From the NCBI GenBank assembly GCA_965207375.1, contig CBDBMG010000003.1, positions 32,001-96,000 of the forward strand: a stretch of 64,000 nucleotides of DNA. The letters are read 5' to 3'. The first letter of the stretch is position 1, and the number at the start of each line of letters is the position of its first letter. The notes beneath the pieces are model-generated. The model was not told the origin of the DNA and made no database searches. It saw only the letters and a program-made list of their open reading frames with translations. This document shows, piece after piece, positions 1 to 16,067 of the stretch. Both the position numbers and the translations under genes were made by a program. Source of the stretch: Nitrosopumilaceae archaeon (GTDB lineage: Archaea; Thermoproteota; Nitrososphaeria; Nitrososphaerales; Nitrosopumilaceae).

Positions 1-1448
1 ATAAGCTATACTGCTAAGCAAATATGTAAGCTGTAGCTATTACCCTAGTATCTATAGCTACGTAGATAGCTAATAATTTTAACAACTATATACGTGTATA
101 TATATAATTATGTAGCTAGCTAGCTAGTTATGTATATATGTATGTATAATAGCTATAAAATTGTTGTAGCTATACATGAATTACATGATGGCTGTGAATA
201 CACTAAATGTTTGAGGTACACATTGATTTATTCAATAAACCGTGAAAGTTTATGAGTGAACCCAATAAATTGCAAAAAGTTTGTTGTCGTTTATGATATC
301 TATTAATAGTAATAATGAAACAGTAGATTGCACGTGCATTTGAACATTGCGTGATCCATTGTAATCTACGCAATGTAAGATAATGGTGTATTTTAACCAT
401 GTTACTAGATGATATGGTTTGATTTACATAAAACTACCTTGCGAGCCTGCTAGAAAGGCAATGTGTCCGGAAGATTGGATTACGTGGCAGATCACGCGAT
501 ACACAAATGTTCAAACGCAAATGCAATCGATGGTACATAGCTAGCTATTAGCTAAATGGAAAATGGTAGTGTAGCTACGACCGACATGCACTCATCATGT
601 GTAACCACGTATATAGTCACCGGTTCCCGCACGGTTGGTGCTTATATAGCTATGTATATCGCAGTGAATTTACGTACTATTGGTGTTTACCATATGGCTT
701 CAGAAGATTTAAAGCTACGTAGCTAGCTTAACGAAATATATTCACCCTCAAAATACTTTCTAATTATATCCAATATAGCTATAGCGTCACGAGAACAACT
801 GGCATTTTCTATACTGAGACTATTGGTAGCTAGCTATATAGCTACTGATTAGCTATAACGTCACCTATATGTACGTATATCCCGACCTACACTGAAATAT
901 ATACAGATTACGGTTAATATACACTCAAACACTGAGCTCAGCTAGTTTGACCGGCTGTGACTATAACTATAGCTTAGATTAATATTTTGTGGGGAAACAC
1001 GGTTCTGACTCAGCTTATTCGGTGTAGTAGCTACATACATGTTGATTGTATATCATCGCTCATCACATGCATGGTGACGATATATGATGTATATGTAGCA
1101 TGGTCGGTATCCGAGGTAGCTATCAGCATCGGAGTTACGACCTCTTCTCCTATATGCGTATATCAAAGACATGCCAAGACAAAGCTGTCATAGCGAGTGC
1201 CACTGATATAGTTATTTTTTAACATTTTTGCTAACTTACAATAGCAAAATAAGACTGCTGTGATTATGTTTTGACTAGCTATGATTGAGAATCGTTGAAT
1301 TGAGGTTACACTATAGCTAGCTAGTTCGTCCTATTGCTAATCACTTACAATATGGCTAGACCAAATAAGGTAGCTAGCTAGCTAGCTAAATTTGCATTGC
1401 ATGGTCTTTGTATAAACATCATAGACTATCATTAAGTACGGTAGTACT

Positions 1449-2625
1449 CAGTGGCGTAGCTACAGTGGGGCCCAGTGGGGCACTCGCCCCACCATCAGCC
1501 TCTGTGGCCCCACCATCAGCAAATCAATTTAGCACGTGACCCAATTCCACTCCAAACTGTTTTATGCATAGATACTTTAAATTGTAACTAAATAGCTACC
1601 TTATATTTGTATCCATATGTCAATTGAATAACTTAGTTCATCACCGATACCAGTCGCAGCAAGCGCCAACAAAAATATTTTGATAATTAATATTACCTGG
1701 TGTCTAGTGTTTATAGCATGGACAAGCGCCCCAAACAGCTAGCCCTCTTTCGAGTGCATTCAGCAAGGTAACAAATGACTGAGAATTGGCTCAGTGTGTT
1801 ATCTTGAGAATATCATCGTTTGTGACACTGCATGACCGCGTCAGCGGCATCACCTGACTGAAGTCAGTGCTCGAGTCAGTGAACCTAGCGAACCGCCCCC
1901 TGGCTGGTGAAGTAACCAATTCTAGCTGCAGCAACACCACCAACGGTTTAATAACTTTGGAAAATGACCATCTAGAATCATTACAGACAATTAAAGCTCA
2001 GAAAAGTAATGTACACGATAGAAATGATAGATGACAATGACGATCAAGGTGATATTGGTAGTGAGAGCTGAGAATGATTTAAGTACTGAATTAAATGTAT
2101 CTTGGGCTGGCAGTAGCAGTAGTAGTTGCTGTAGTAGTGCTACTTCGGTATCACTCACCCTGTATGAACCAGCTGGTAACACTACTGCAACTGGCATGGC
2201 TCAAACTTCCTGCATTTCCTCCTGCACTAGCTAGCTAAGCAAAGCTATTTCAGTATATATGTTATAGCTAGCTAAGCAAAGTTGCATGCATTATATGCAT
2301 GAACAGTAGCTAGCTATGGTTAATACTCGATTAGCTATGTATAATATACTAAGCTATACATCAGGTAAAAAAGATGATGATTGAGGTGAAAAATCACTCT
2401 AAATACCATTTTAGAGCATACAATTTTCAAAATTTTCCTGGGGGGGCATGCCCCCAGACCCCCCTAGATTAAGCTGCTACGCAGCTGAGTTGCCTTTGGC
2501 AACTGTTGTATACTTCTGTCACTCTCAACCTGGTGCAGCCAGGGCCAAGTCTTCCAAAACTTCCTTGGTACCTCTATAATCTGGCCCCACCATCAACTTG
2601 GGTCTAGCTACGCCATACGCCACTG
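1449..2625. mobile_element. Non-autonomous hAT (Tip100-like) element
   Basis: Termini CAGTGGCGTAGC ... TACGCCACTG; perfect 8-bp target duplication GTAGTACT at 1441-1448 and 2626-2633; subterminal GCCCCACCATCA motifs at both ends. Confidence 0.8.
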
Positions 2626-2689
2626 GTAGTACTTAATAGTAGAGATTGATAAGGAATGTATGGAATGCGGAATTTTCGCACATCTAGAA

Positions 2690-3890
2690 ACCCACCTTAC
2701 AATACGCTTTAGCCCAAAAAACAACTTAAACGCACTGGCACAGCTATAATAATGCTTTACATTTGTTTAACTAAGCGAAATGTCGATTATTTCGATCTAT
2801 AGTGAATTTTAAAAAATTTGAAAATTACCTGTATTTCATCTGCCAGCCTGCCAGGCATGCAGCCTACCGTAAGACCGGGTTTCGCTAGGTGTACGGCTTC
2901 AAAAATTCAGCACAGCAAAGGTTATCCCTTCCCATTTACGAAGCTGTTGTTCCGAAGACGATTTATCCACTGTGCCATGGTGATTCTTTTATACGTACTT
3001 CCTTTCTTTACTTTCTTCTCTATCGATTGGAATGCGTAAACAATTTCAGCTTGACCACAACATTCCATACAAGGTGTTAACAGGTACAATAATGCGCGCC
3101 TGCCGTTTTATAGTTACAAATCGCTTCATGCATGGAATGTTGCATGTGTCCTCGATGTTGTCAGAGGGAATACGGCTTAGTAACAATACTTAAGTATTAC
3201 GCATGCGCATACACACACGTGGTTGTTACACCTCGCATTACACAAATAAGCCATCAACTTACACCACATCCACTGTTGCATTACTTGATTTAAACAACTA
3301 TACTCCATACGACTATACTCCACACGACTCCATATAACTAAACTAATTCAACTGAAAGTGAAACGCAGACCAGTCTTAGTCTAGCGCTCCAGACCAATTT
3401 ACGGCGCAGCCGCTTATCGACTTATCGATGTTCTGATTTACGCGCCTGAACATCGACAAGCTGCTGGACAAATATATTCGCTGTTTTTAAAGAACGTTAT
3501 TTGCTTGCACAGCTGCTTTACCACACAAGCAGGTTGTTAACAAGCGCCTGTAAAGAAGCCATAATTATGTAAGCACCTGTATACCTGCTATATAGGCACC
3601 TGAATGATTATTATATTGCCCTATAAAAAGCTAACAAACTAGAATAATAAAAAATTTAAAATTTAAATGGTGAGTAGGGATCGAAGGGATCCACTAGTAT
3701 AGTGCTACAAAAAGTAAGGAAACAAGGAATAAGATTCTGGCACAAGTGAACACTAAAGATTCTGGCAAGAGATAATTTATATAAGTTTAATCCCTACTTT
3801 TGGCTCATATTAGTCATTATAGTACATATGCCAAAAGTAGGGATTAAACTTTTATAAATTATCTCTTGCCAGAATCTTTAGTGTTCACTT
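2690..3890 (+). mobile_element. Dispersed repeat (Helentron/HINE-like?) ending in a partly palindromic module
   Basis: Similar to 39050-39935 (TTGAAA.TTACCTGTATTTC.TCTGCC.GCCTGCC...CCGTAAGACCGGGT); ends in the AACTAGAAT..AGTAGGGAT..CCCTACTTTTGGC module also at 39604 and 63289. Superfamily is inference. Confidence 0.55.
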
Positions 3891-4649
3891 AACACTGCTT
3901 GAAGCCATCAAACCATGCATTGGAAAACTTGAACTGAGACTCCACAAGTGTTACTTGAAGCAGCTGCTTTGCCCTTGCTTTAAATCACCAGCCGTTAGCT
4001 TTTATCCCTCGTTGCTAAAGGCTGCGGTATTCTTTATACAAAGTGTCTTCCATGGCAAATGTTCGCTCAGATTTAACATGTTTACGGCCCTTCCTGCTGT
4101 TTTTTTTATCTTCTTTCATCCTTAATCTACCATAACACTGTTTTGGAGTTCAGCTCGAACTTTTTGCAAGTTTGGTATAAATTTTGACCATTATTCCAAT
4201 ACCACTGAGTGACTTTCAGCTTCTCTGTGTAACATTGCCTCGTTCCTGGTCACATGTGCTTATCAACCTTACAGTGCTTGAAATAGTGGTCGGACATCGG
4301 ACATTTTCCGACCAAAATTGACATTTTTCTGAACAATTTTGGTTTTGGTCGGACAAAATGTCCAAGCAGAAACCACTCTGACTGTCAGAATCACCAGTCC
4401 TCAACACTGTTCAATACATGGACATGTTAATACTAACTGGTTTAAATTTTAAGAGATCCGGCAGTATGTTACTGTCTTAACAAATTACATAAATGTCTGA
4501 TCAAAATCTCTTTTGATCAGACAATCTGTCTTAGCATATTTTACTGCTTATTTCTAGCACTGGCCTTAGTTAACAACAAGTAATATGCATGCACCTAACA
4601 ACCACTATGTGCACTTAATAACCTGACTCTACAGTACTGTAAAGAATGA

Positions 4650-5480
4650 ACAGTTTTGGCCGATAAGAAATAGCATTGAATCACCAAATTTGCCAATTTT
4701 AGTTCCATCAAGCTTTCATCGTTTATGGTATTCCTAGGAATTAATTAACCAGTTGGTACTTTTTAGTCTTTTAACAAATTCAATAACCTATATACCCAGC
4801 TCTTTTACGTGTATCCTCACAAATAACATTTAATTGTGGGTTTGAATATAGTTATGTATGGCTGAAGATAATCACGAAATAGACATTAGCAATCCATATT
4901 CTAAATTGTTGTTTAAATCAGAAGCTCTATCTATAATGTTGTTTTAGCTTTTAGAAAAGTTTTATAGTATTTATTGATAGTATAGCAATGAACAATGATA
5001 GTAGCTACATTTAAATTAAACCCACTATCAAACATTTTGTGTGAGATTTCCTGTATGTACAAGTGTAATGAAATTCAGTGAAATGGTCTATCACCTGTGC
5101 TATGATAAAATGATGTTTTGTGTTTGTAATATTGAAACCCACAATTAAATGTTATGAGTGAGGGTATAAAAGAGCCAGGTAAATGTTAATAAAATGTGAT
5201 GAATTATTTGGAGTGTTGTGCATACTTTATTGAATTTTTGCAAGGCCTGTTTAGGGCCCACATTACACTAAAACGAGAACTTTTATATCAGCTTTTAACA
5301 AGAAGCCTTCAAACCAGTACATGCCAGGTTTACTGCTTCTTAATTTAATATGTTTACCCTGTGTGTGCATGTGCTTGTGTATGTAAGAGTGTGCGCTTGT
5401 GAGCGTGCACAGGTACGAGCGTGCACACACAAACACACACACACACACAAAGCCGCCAATGCCTACCAGCCTGCCAACTG
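4650..5480 (+). repeat. Local direct duplication, copy 1 (copy 2 at about 7385-8165)
   Basis: About 800 bp colinear similarity, e.g. CCAGTTGGTACTTTTTAGTCTTTTAACAAATTCAATAAC at about 4750 and 7430, and CAGTACATGCCAGGTTTACTGCTTCTTAATT at about 5314 and 7988. Confidence 0.85.
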
Positions 5481-7384
5481 CCATTCATAGTACGTACCTG
5501 TGGTAATTCAGTGTGAATAACTAAATTGGTTTATCTTTGTAGGAAGTAGTTTGACGGAAAATGCACCTGAGAGTTATAGGTACTAAAATAAGTCCGCGCC
5601 TTCAATCTGAGTATTATAGACACTCGAAATGCTTGTCATGTTCCCTTGACACGAATACTCGAACACTCAAAAATGGAGTAAAATGTGAGTACTGGAAAAC
5701 TCCAATCAAGTCCATTTGGAAGCACTCTAGTGTGCGAGGCTTATGACTCGTGTGCGAGTGTTAACTTATGTACGTACCTTAAGTTTGTATCGTATAACAA
5801 TCAGACAAATTTCTATCTCTTATTTAAATACTTACTATAATGTTGTACGTAGATAGTACAAAGTTGTTTTATGCTTTTTCACATATGTATGTACATGCGT
5901 ACCTTGTTGCTGTTACAGTAATCTTTATCACAATTTGTTATACCAAAAACATACCATATGTATGTGACTGGATTTAAGAAAACCAATCGTATTGTCACAT
6001 TTTGTATTTTAAATTTGAAATATTCAAGACACTGTAGTTGACTGAAGCTTGATTGTAGCCACTCCAGATTTGCACCAAAAGAACACCAGTCTTATACATA
6101 GCTAGCATTGCATGAACAAAGTTGGCAGCTAGTTGAAATATGTACGTAGCTGGTTTTTGAAACTTTCTGTAACATCACGAGTGTCTTGTGTAACTGGGTG
6201 GGTGGTAGGGAGGGTGATGGTGGTGGTGGTGAGAGAGCGGATGGTCCAGGGAACTGGAGACCCGGGCACCCAAGCTGTTTATTCAGTAAGTGACAGAAAC
6301 AACCACAATGGGCCCAGACCATGGCATGGTTAGAGGTGGACGTTGGAAGCAGCCTGGCACCCCATAATGCCTCTCAGGTGCCCCAAATGCTGCCGGTTTT
6401 TTTGAACACCTCACATTTAACCGTGCAGCAGGAATCATCATGCATTTATTGCTACCTCAGTGAGCAATTGCTTTTCTAATTTGCTAGAACTAACAATGTT
6501 TACAGGTTGTTTACAGCTCCATGCACATATACGTAGGTGTAGACATGGGTAGGGAATCACCTCCTGACAGGTACGTATGCTGTCTGTGTGGGTTGTGATC
6601 GAAGGAACACTGCTTTAGTATGATCAAGAGGGTAAATAGCATACTGTGGAAATATAGCACACCCGTGCACATTATGGAATATTAAAGTACTGTATAAATA
6701 GTGTATAGACACCATTGATAGCCCATCAAACGAACAAAGTAAAGTGATGGCTAATCTGCAATGGCTTCCGCTCGACACAAAAACCCGCCACCACTTTCTG
6801 TTATAACAGCCAAGGTTGTGATAGTTTTAAGGGTTTAGCCTTAATAAGAGATATATTGTTGAAGGCCTGTGGAAGAGTTTTTAGGCATACAACTATAGTG
6901 ATGGATTTTATAAACGATAAAAGTTTCAATATGGTAGTGCAAAAGCATCAGCAGGGAGACAATTATTGTTTTAACTACCGATTAAAGCAGCTTAGAGCTA
7001 AAATCTCTTCCACAGGCCCTCAAAAACATATATCTTATTAAGGCTAGCGCCTTAAAATTGTCCTTACGTACCTTGGTCATTGTTACAAGAAATGGCGGCG
7101 AGTTCAAAAACCATTTCCGTCACTTTTCTTTGCTTAGTTGATGGCCTATCAACAGTCTCTATAGATTCTTTATACAGTATTTTAAAGATGGTGACAAGAG
7201 CACTTCAAACAAAACACAAGAAGGCTGCTTTTAAAGGAGATAAACAATAGAGCCAATAAAATAATTTACTGAATATACCGTAACCTTAACAACAGAAGTA
7301 CTCATGAACTGACCTAGTTTCTCTATCTGTGGTCCTACTGCTGCTTCCTTACAAATTCTTTGATGAAAATTTCGAAACTGTAAA

Positions 7385-8165
<781 letters not shown>

Positions 8166-9526
8166 CAAACACATTCAGTAAGTTCCACTGCAGCAATATA
8201 AGGGAAGCCAATGATAGTCTACAGTACAGATTTAATGTAAGTTGACACTCGCAAGTGTTGAATTCGAATGTGCAAGCATTCACACTCACGAGTGTTTTAT
8301 ATTCTTACTGCGTGTACTCGTATAAAATCACTCATCACGAGTAGCCTATCTTTTAGTGTAATGAATTTACTACTGTCGAGCTTCTCTTCACGGTTGTTTT
8401 TGAGTATTACATCAATCCTTTTGTAAGGGCATTACTTACGTGTATATCGCCTAGTAGCTGCTTGCATTTCAAATAGTGTTAAGCTCTTCAACTTTAACAC
8501 TATTTGAAATGCAAGCAGCTACTGGGCAATATACATATTACAAGTACATATACAAATGATGTTATATAGGTTGAAGTAATCTGTATGTTAGCCAGTAGCT
8601 AGAGTAGTCTCGCCGAGTAGCCTTGCTTTGTCTCAGTACAGTTCTGCTGTGTCACATCACTGCCACTGCGTTATACTGATGCAGCTTTGCTGCATCACAG
8701 TTGGTGCCGTCATGTTAAAAATAATGCAGTTCTGCTGTGTCATATAGTTGCCGCTGCTACCATATAATGATGCAACTTTGCTGCATCACAGATGCTTATT
8801 TCACAGTTGCCTAAATACTCCATTCCCAGTAGAGAGGAATATGGTAGTACAGCCACCACAACCACTTGGTTGATGGTAACTTTATAGTGTTGCTGTTGCA
8901 AGGAAACAGGATACAGTGATGTGTTACTAGAAAGGGTAAGCAACAAGTTTTGACCATTATTTAAAATTTATATAATTAGGGGATCGTTAAAACCCGGACC
9001 GGAACGGAACGGACCGGACTAAAGATGTCCAATGTATGCTCTACCTGTCATACTACTTTCAGCCTGAAGTAAACACTTGAATGTATTTGAGAAAGGCTAT
9101 TACACTGCAGGTTGAAAGTTGCCATAACTTGGACCCCCTTGAAATGATTTGCATAAACTTTCAGATACACAATCTCTATTGATGTACCACTCTGTAGTAA
9201 AAGTTAAAAAAATATTGTAGGCGTGAGTTTATCAAAATTAAGCTTCAAAGTTAAATCTACAGTACTGATTGTGTGAAGCATTGTAAATAGGTATGTGTGA
9301 ATCAGCTGAGGGACTGAAAGCTTTATCTTTCTAACTATTTGAATGACATATGCCATTTTCTGAATGATATATGGTGAAAGTCAATTGGCAAGTAGCAGCA
9401 GCAGCAACAGCATAAGGATGAAGCGAAGCTGAGTACTATCATGTTGTAGTAAGAATCCTAATTTTTAACAACTTCTCCAACAACTTCTTCATAATATTTT
9501 CTTAGAATCTCTAACAAAAAGAAGTG

Positions 9527-9948
9527 ATATGCTAAACAAAAACACCTTGGGTGTAAAAAAAGTGCGAAGCCAATCAGAAGCTACAATGGTTATATAAGCG
9601 ACCAAAAACTCTGATATCAAGTAAGGCCAAGAAGTTGAACAGATTATTAAACTTGAATGACATACAATAGTTTACAGGGTACTTTCACAACTATGATTGG
9701 CTTTGTCACATGGCCACTTTTTTGTACTAGCTATCATCTTTTATAAGGTGGCCAAGTGACAAAGCCAATCATAGTTGTGAAAGTGCCCTGTAAACTATTG
9801 TATGTCATTCAAGTGAAAGAATTCTTAATAAACTGTTTAACTTCTTGGCCTTACTTGATATCAGAGTTTTTGGTCGCTTATATAACCATTGTAGCTTCTG
9901 ATTGGCTTCGCACTTTTTTTACACCCAAGGTGTTTTTGTTTAGCATAT
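9527..9948. repeat. Foldback palindrome with about 190-bp arms
   Basis: ATATGCTAAACAAAAACACCTTGGGTG...TTGGCTTTGTCACATGGCCAC is mirrored by GTGGCCAAGTGACAAAGCCAA...CACCCAAGGTGTTTTTGTTTAGCATAT, with a spacer of about 25 bp. Confidence 0.9.
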
Positions 9949-12040
9949 TACTAACATGCTTCACACATAAGATCTTCAGGGAGCTAAAACCATACATATG
10001 TATGTTAAGTGTATGTATGTATGTATGTGACAAAACATTAGGCACACTATGACATCAGGTGTATGTATGTATATAACAAAACATGTGATGGAGTCTGAGA
10101 AAACCAGTCTTATCTACATACATAAAATACACCTTTTCATATTATGGTACATATGTATGTAAAAAAGCATAAAACAACTACGTAAGTACGTACGTACGTA
10201 TAGTATGTATATACAACATTATAGTAAGTATTTAAATAAGAGATAGAAATTGGTCAGCAATTTACTAAAAGTAGGAATATTGTTACATGGTACAGATTTA
10301 AGGTATGTACGTAAGTTTACACTCGCATACAAGTCATAAGCCTCGAAACCTAGAGTGCTTCCAAATGGACTCGATTTCAGTTTTCAAGTACTCACATTTT
10401 ACTCCATTTCTGAGTGTTTGAGTACTTGTGTCAAGGGAAATACGACACAAGCACCTCGAGTGTCTATAGTACTCAGAGTGAAGATTGAAGTTGTGGGCTT
10501 ATTTTGGTGCCTATAAATCTCCAGTGCATTTTCCGTCTGTTTAATACAAATCAGTTCCTATAAAGAATAAAGACAAGCCAATTTAGTTATTCACGCTCAA
10601 GTATGTACTATTAAACTATTATTACCACTTGCCAGCATTTAATACATTAATATACGTGCGCCTATGCATCTATATAACACAGCAGCGGCAACTGTGACAT
10701 AGGAAAATTGCATCATTCTAACATGTTTGTGGCAACTATGGCTGCATTAGTCTGATATGCCAGTGCATGGCAGTATAATACTGCTGCAGTGTCATCTAAA
10801 GTGCCTGCATACTCTTTCAACTAACCAACATCCACTGTATTTGAGATGACAGCCTGAATGAACTTGCTATACTATATAAGTTATCCAGACTTGAATATAC
10901 GTAGTGTGAGCCCTTATACTATAAGGTGCTGTGTCAGTTTAGGTCTGACCACGCAAGACCACTTCTTTATGCACTGTGGCTTTGCTGAATCTACAAAATC
11001 TGATTGTGCATGTTGTGTTGAAATATCATCTTCGCTATAGATGATTACCCTGGGATTCCAAGGAAGATCTACAGTGGAACCTACAACTGCATAATCCACA
11101 CACTTGTTTAAGATCCCATGCAAAGTAGCCCTTTATAGTACTTTAATTGACCTGAAAACTTGATACACTTTTGGCTGGTCCAAAGTTGTATACAACTTCC
11201 ACCGTAATTGCTTTTCTTATCACACTATGGCTTTATTCATGATCATTACTAAATAAATTTAATTATCATTGTTTTGATATACACCATGATGATGATGTCA
11301 CATGAGTTGCGTCTATTTACTTCTGGCATTTATAGTCTCACGACTCTGTCTCACTCCGAGTGACCAGTCATTTTTGTTGTGGCCGGGGTTCGTGAAATAA
11401 CACCCTTACACAAAAATGAATCTGGCTCGCCTGTGTACTGAGACTGTAAATGTGTTAACTACAGTTATGAAAGTGATCTTGCATAGAGGGTGTGTAAGTA
11501 CATGCATCTATGTGGTAAACGCATGCAGGCGGGTCGAATTGAGGGTATACCTCTGGGTATACAAAGTATGACTTGCTTGTTAAGCCATTCCATTCCTTAC
11601 TAAGGCACATATAAGTTAATGGCACAGAGTTTATTCCAGAACTCAACTCACAACTTTACAAGCAATCCCATTTTACAATGCCCGACGTGATGTGCTTTAA
11701 TTAGAATACCAAATAAGCATATTTAAATGTTTAAGTAGAGGACTTTATTTTTTCGAGTTGACAGAAACGGTGGTAAAAATGTAGGAGACGGCACTGAATC
11801 AGGTGAAGAACTGGATGGGCCAGTATTGAAAACAATTTTGCTTTCTGGGTGCACCGATTTAAAGGTATAGCTATAATTGCTAACCATAGATAATTTACAG
11901 TAAACACCAATTTGCAACTTCACCAAACATAATTATAACAGCAAATTACATAATACGTAATATATAGCTAGAGTAGCTATAACTTGTTAATGTTTTATAA
12001 TTTGTCAATGAGCACTAGCTGGCAGCTGCACAAAAGTTTG

Positions 12041-12656
12041 TGACCGGGTCTGGGAAAATCAGCCATGTAGCTATGCACATGGTATTATTTCGAGAAATAC
12101 GTACATATACCATTTTAAAAACAAGTTAATTAATTGGCCGAGTTTTATTAGCAGTAACAAACTTAGTAATCTATTAACTTTCATATAGCTAACCTTACAA
12201 GTGGCTGATGGGTAGATTTCAGGGCTTTTGAGACGACTTCTTTTAGGTGGGCACTAATTTTAGGCCAGCATAGCAAGGGGGTAGGTGAGTGGGATGGAGG
12301 GGTGCGAGGTAGCTCAAAAAACTGTAAGGAATTGTTTAGAGTAGGAAGAGCCACCAAAAGTACAAGGCAACTATATTATACCACTCTGCGAGACCAAGGA
12401 GGCATCTACACAACCAGCAATGGGAGCAGTTCCAAGTCCCAGTTATCTGATTGGTGCCAACTATATTTGCCATTCTCACATTCTTGACTTTACAGAATCA
12501 GCAAAATGCCATCCAGGAAAGCAGACCCACTGGCCACGCAGTAGAGATGCTATACATGGATAGTTCTTAAGTGTAGCTACGTACGTATAAGCTTGTACAA
12601 TAAAGTGGAATACAGTTTTACGCTTCACATGGTTAATTTTTGCAGAACTGGTCACA
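12041..12656. mobile_element. GTGACC...GGTCAC non-autonomous DNA transposon (Sola-like?)
   Basis: TIRs GTGACCGGGTCTGGGAAAATC / ATTTTTGCAGAACTGGTCAC; same family at 15841, 51802, 62888 and a partial copy at about 5964. Confidence 0.6.
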
Positions 12657-13285
12657 TTTTATCTACGTACGTATGTATATTATGTATCTGTACATATACC
12701 ATACCATAAGATTCTCCTCGAAGGTGAATATAACCCAATGTAATAAAGAAGTTCATGGATTGTAATTATTGCAAAATCAAACACCACAAAAATTTCACGC
12801 ATTGTAGTGTATGCGTGTGTTGCATTATGTAGACTTGTTACCACCTCTACTACATGGCTTAGTAGTATTAAAAATTGGCATGTTATTAATTAACAGGAGA
12901 TTCAAGTAGACACACAGAAATAATTATTGTAATGGAGAAGTTGTTTGCAGCACTCAAAACTGGATCAGTCGAGGAGGTGAGAAAAGTTTTTGAAGAGACA
13001 ACTGTTTCCCCAACGGCTTGCAATGAGGTGAGGTTTATAATTATATGGATAAGAATTAAAGTAGTATGGAGCATATAAATCAGTTCGTTGTGTGTAGCAT
13101 AGCTACTCTGTCATTTTTTAGAGACAAAATTTTGCGGTTTAAAGACCATCAAAATTTTTAATTTAAAACTCATAGCTATTAAGGAAACAAAGAAAAGAAG
13201 GTTATTTGGGGAACAACGATCACTGAAAATCCGTACCCTTGAAAACTGTTACTCTGAGATACTCAAAGTAAACCAGCCTTATGAT

Positions 13286-15179
13286 TAGAGGTGTACCGAT
13301 TATCGGGTCAGCAAAATATTGGCTGCCGATATGCTTATTTTTACCACATCGGTAATCGGCAGGGGCGGATCCAGGATTTTTCAAAGGGGGGTCACAAGGC
13401 AATGGTTATATGTATAAATTATATTATATACATATTGCAATTATTCACATTATTATTTTAAACGAAGTGCATTGTAACCTACTATAGATGCATGAATCTA
13501 CTCGCTGCTGTTCCTGCAGCTCACCAATTGTATAGCTAGCTATAAGCTACGTGTGCATGGTTAGTTATTTATACTAAAACCCTGTGCACTACATGATTCT
13601 TCTTTTCTGTTATCAAAAATCTTCTGCAGACGATTCATCACGTGAGCACTCGCGTGAGCAAAAATTCAAATCACTGAGACTGAGTAGTGTATTATCTTGT
13701 TAATACTCACAATTTATTATTTCATCCACCATAGTACCTTTAGTTTGAACTCGAGTTTGAGTTATTCTGCCCTATCATCAGTTCAAAAAGGGCCACTGGC
13801 AAGCCGCACGTTCAAATTCCTGGGAGAAAAGACGCGCAACCTCCTCATGAGATCCCTCTTCAGTATATCATTTACCGCATCGAATCAAATGCACGTTGAT
13901 TAATCTCCTTATCCGCCATATTACGGTAGCCAGTGCTTGCAAGGAAATAATATCGAAAATATTTTAGCGGCGCTTGTATCGGGTATTCATCACAGTAGCT
14001 AGCTGATTCCAGGTCAGCAATTTAACTAATCTTTTAGTTATAAAGAATGCTCTATGAGCTAGTGCATAATTTTTATGTGAATCCCCAGACATAATCTAGC
14101 CGGTTCTTGCGCTTTATAGTACAACAAATTAATAATTATTTTAGCGCCTATTAGAATAATTATTTGAAGCGCTTGTTTTAGAATAAGCATAGATTGGAAG
14201 GGGGGTCATCTGACCCCTATGACCCCCCTGGATCCGCCCCTGAATCGGTATAACAAACCCAGAGAACTGAGATTCTAACACATGCAAAATTAATTTTTAT
14301 TTGAAATGCAACTAAAAGTGTGCTGCTGTTGAGTAGGTTACTAACACTTCTTAATTGTGTTTTTGCCTTGTATCCTGATGATGGCTACGCTTATGTAATT
14401 ACTTTGATAGAAACTGTCATCTTCGTGCCCTCCAATCTCTGTCAATTAAAGCAATTCATCACCAAGATTTAGTCTGGAATTGGTTGTCAGTGGATATGTT
14501 TATTCAAAGAAATGGCAAGTATCTTTATTTCTTGTCAATGTGGATTTGCAATTTGTTGTATTCTATTTATTTAGCTAAATTCTAATTAATTTTAATGGCA
14601 TTGTATTCACTTAGTAAGAGCTATTATAATGACTGTGTTACTGCAAATAGCAAATTAGCATGCAAAATTGGCTTCCTTTCAGCTAGTAAATACCTGTTTG
14701 TACCCCTGTCTCAAAAGTTAGTGCACCCATACGTATGTACATGTAATGTATAAATTGTAGTAAGGCCGCACAAAGGTAAATATCTGTTTCTGATCCAGGC
14801 ATCCCTTAAAATTGATCAGGTGACCAGGCTTTTTATTTTAAATTTTATTTCAAATTTTGTCAAGATTTAAAACTAGAACTGGTTATTTTTATTCATTATA
14901 CACAATATTTCTTTCATCCATTATAAAGTTAGCTTAATTTTCATTTTTTATGTAAAGCTATCCACAAAATTATTTGTATGGTAAATAAAAAATGTTTTAC
15001 TGCTTGGCAAAAATGACCAGGCAGGAGGACCAGAAACATATTTTTAACTTTGTTTGGCCTAATGCATAACACTGGTGTACGTATGTATATCGGGTTGGCT
15101 ATCAGTATCAGCAGAATTTGATATAAATACATATTATCAGGTATCAGTAGAAGCCAAATTTTCTATAATGGTACCTCTA
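13286..15179. mobile_element. hAT-type MITE (TAGAGG termini) hosting a second element
   Basis: TAGAGGTGTACCGATTATCGG ... ATGGTACCTCTA; ATCGG subterminal repeats; degenerate flanks CTTATGAT/CTTAGATA. Confidence 0.5.
13360..14242. mobile_element. Non-autonomous TIR element with CAGGGGCGGATCCAG termini (hAT/Tip100-like)
   Basis: 15-bp perfect TIR CAGGGGCGGATCCAG / CTGGATCCGCCCCTG; flanks share AATCGG. Confidence 0.75.
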
Positions 15180-15840
15180 CTTAGATACGTATTAGGGATG
15201 GGTGAAATTGGCATTTTGGCATGCGATTATCGTAAAGGTCACGATTATCATGATTATTAATTTAACTGTATTTGTATTGAAAAATGTCTAGAAATGTGTC
15301 ACACTGTCCACAAATGTGTCTAAACACACCAAAATTGATTATGATAAGTGCTGATTATCATGATTTTACATGATTATTGCTTCTCACGATTATTTTTATT
15401 AGTAAAACTGCACGATATCGATTGATAACAAAGGAAATGTCATGATTAATACGCCAAACTGGTTAATTGTCCATCCCCAATACATATTATGATATGCTAC
15501 AGTTTAGAATTTCAGTCAGTCATGATTTATTTGTTGACAGCTTATGGACTGAAATTTTGACCACACAAAACAGCAGTTGTTTACGTATATCACCTCGGGC
15601 ATATATGAATGTAACTAATGCACTTTTTGAGAGTTTATGATATGTAGGTATGTAGCTATAAAATGAGTTAAACATCTGTACAAAACATAGGAATCAGTAC
15701 AAGCAAGAGTATACGTATGTAGCTTTTACTGTACAATACGTATTTTATATCAATACGTACGTACATACGTATGTATGACTGTGTGTGTAGGATGGTAAGC
15801 AGCCAATACATATTGCTGTTCGTGAAGGACTACTGCATAT

Positions 15841-16067
15841 GTGACCGAGTCTACGAAAACAGGTCTTATCTGCACAATATCTATCTCTTTTTCTGTATGG
15901 GTTATACAATATCTGTAAGTTTTATTGAATTCCTTAGGAAATTTTGTGTATATGATGAAATTTCTGATAAAGTACTATGTTAGGAAAAAGAGTTATTAAA
16001 TTTGAAAGGCTCAAAATTAAGCCAAATTTTATGTGCAGATAAGACTGGTTTTCGCAGACTCGGTCAC
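15841..16067. mobile_element. MITE inserted in ankyrin exon
   Basis: TIR GTGACCGAGTCT.CGAAAAC / GTTTTCGCAGACTCGGTCAC; ATAT duplicated on both sides; removing it restores CAT ATT GTG (H-I-V). Close relative at 62888-63094. Confidence 0.9.
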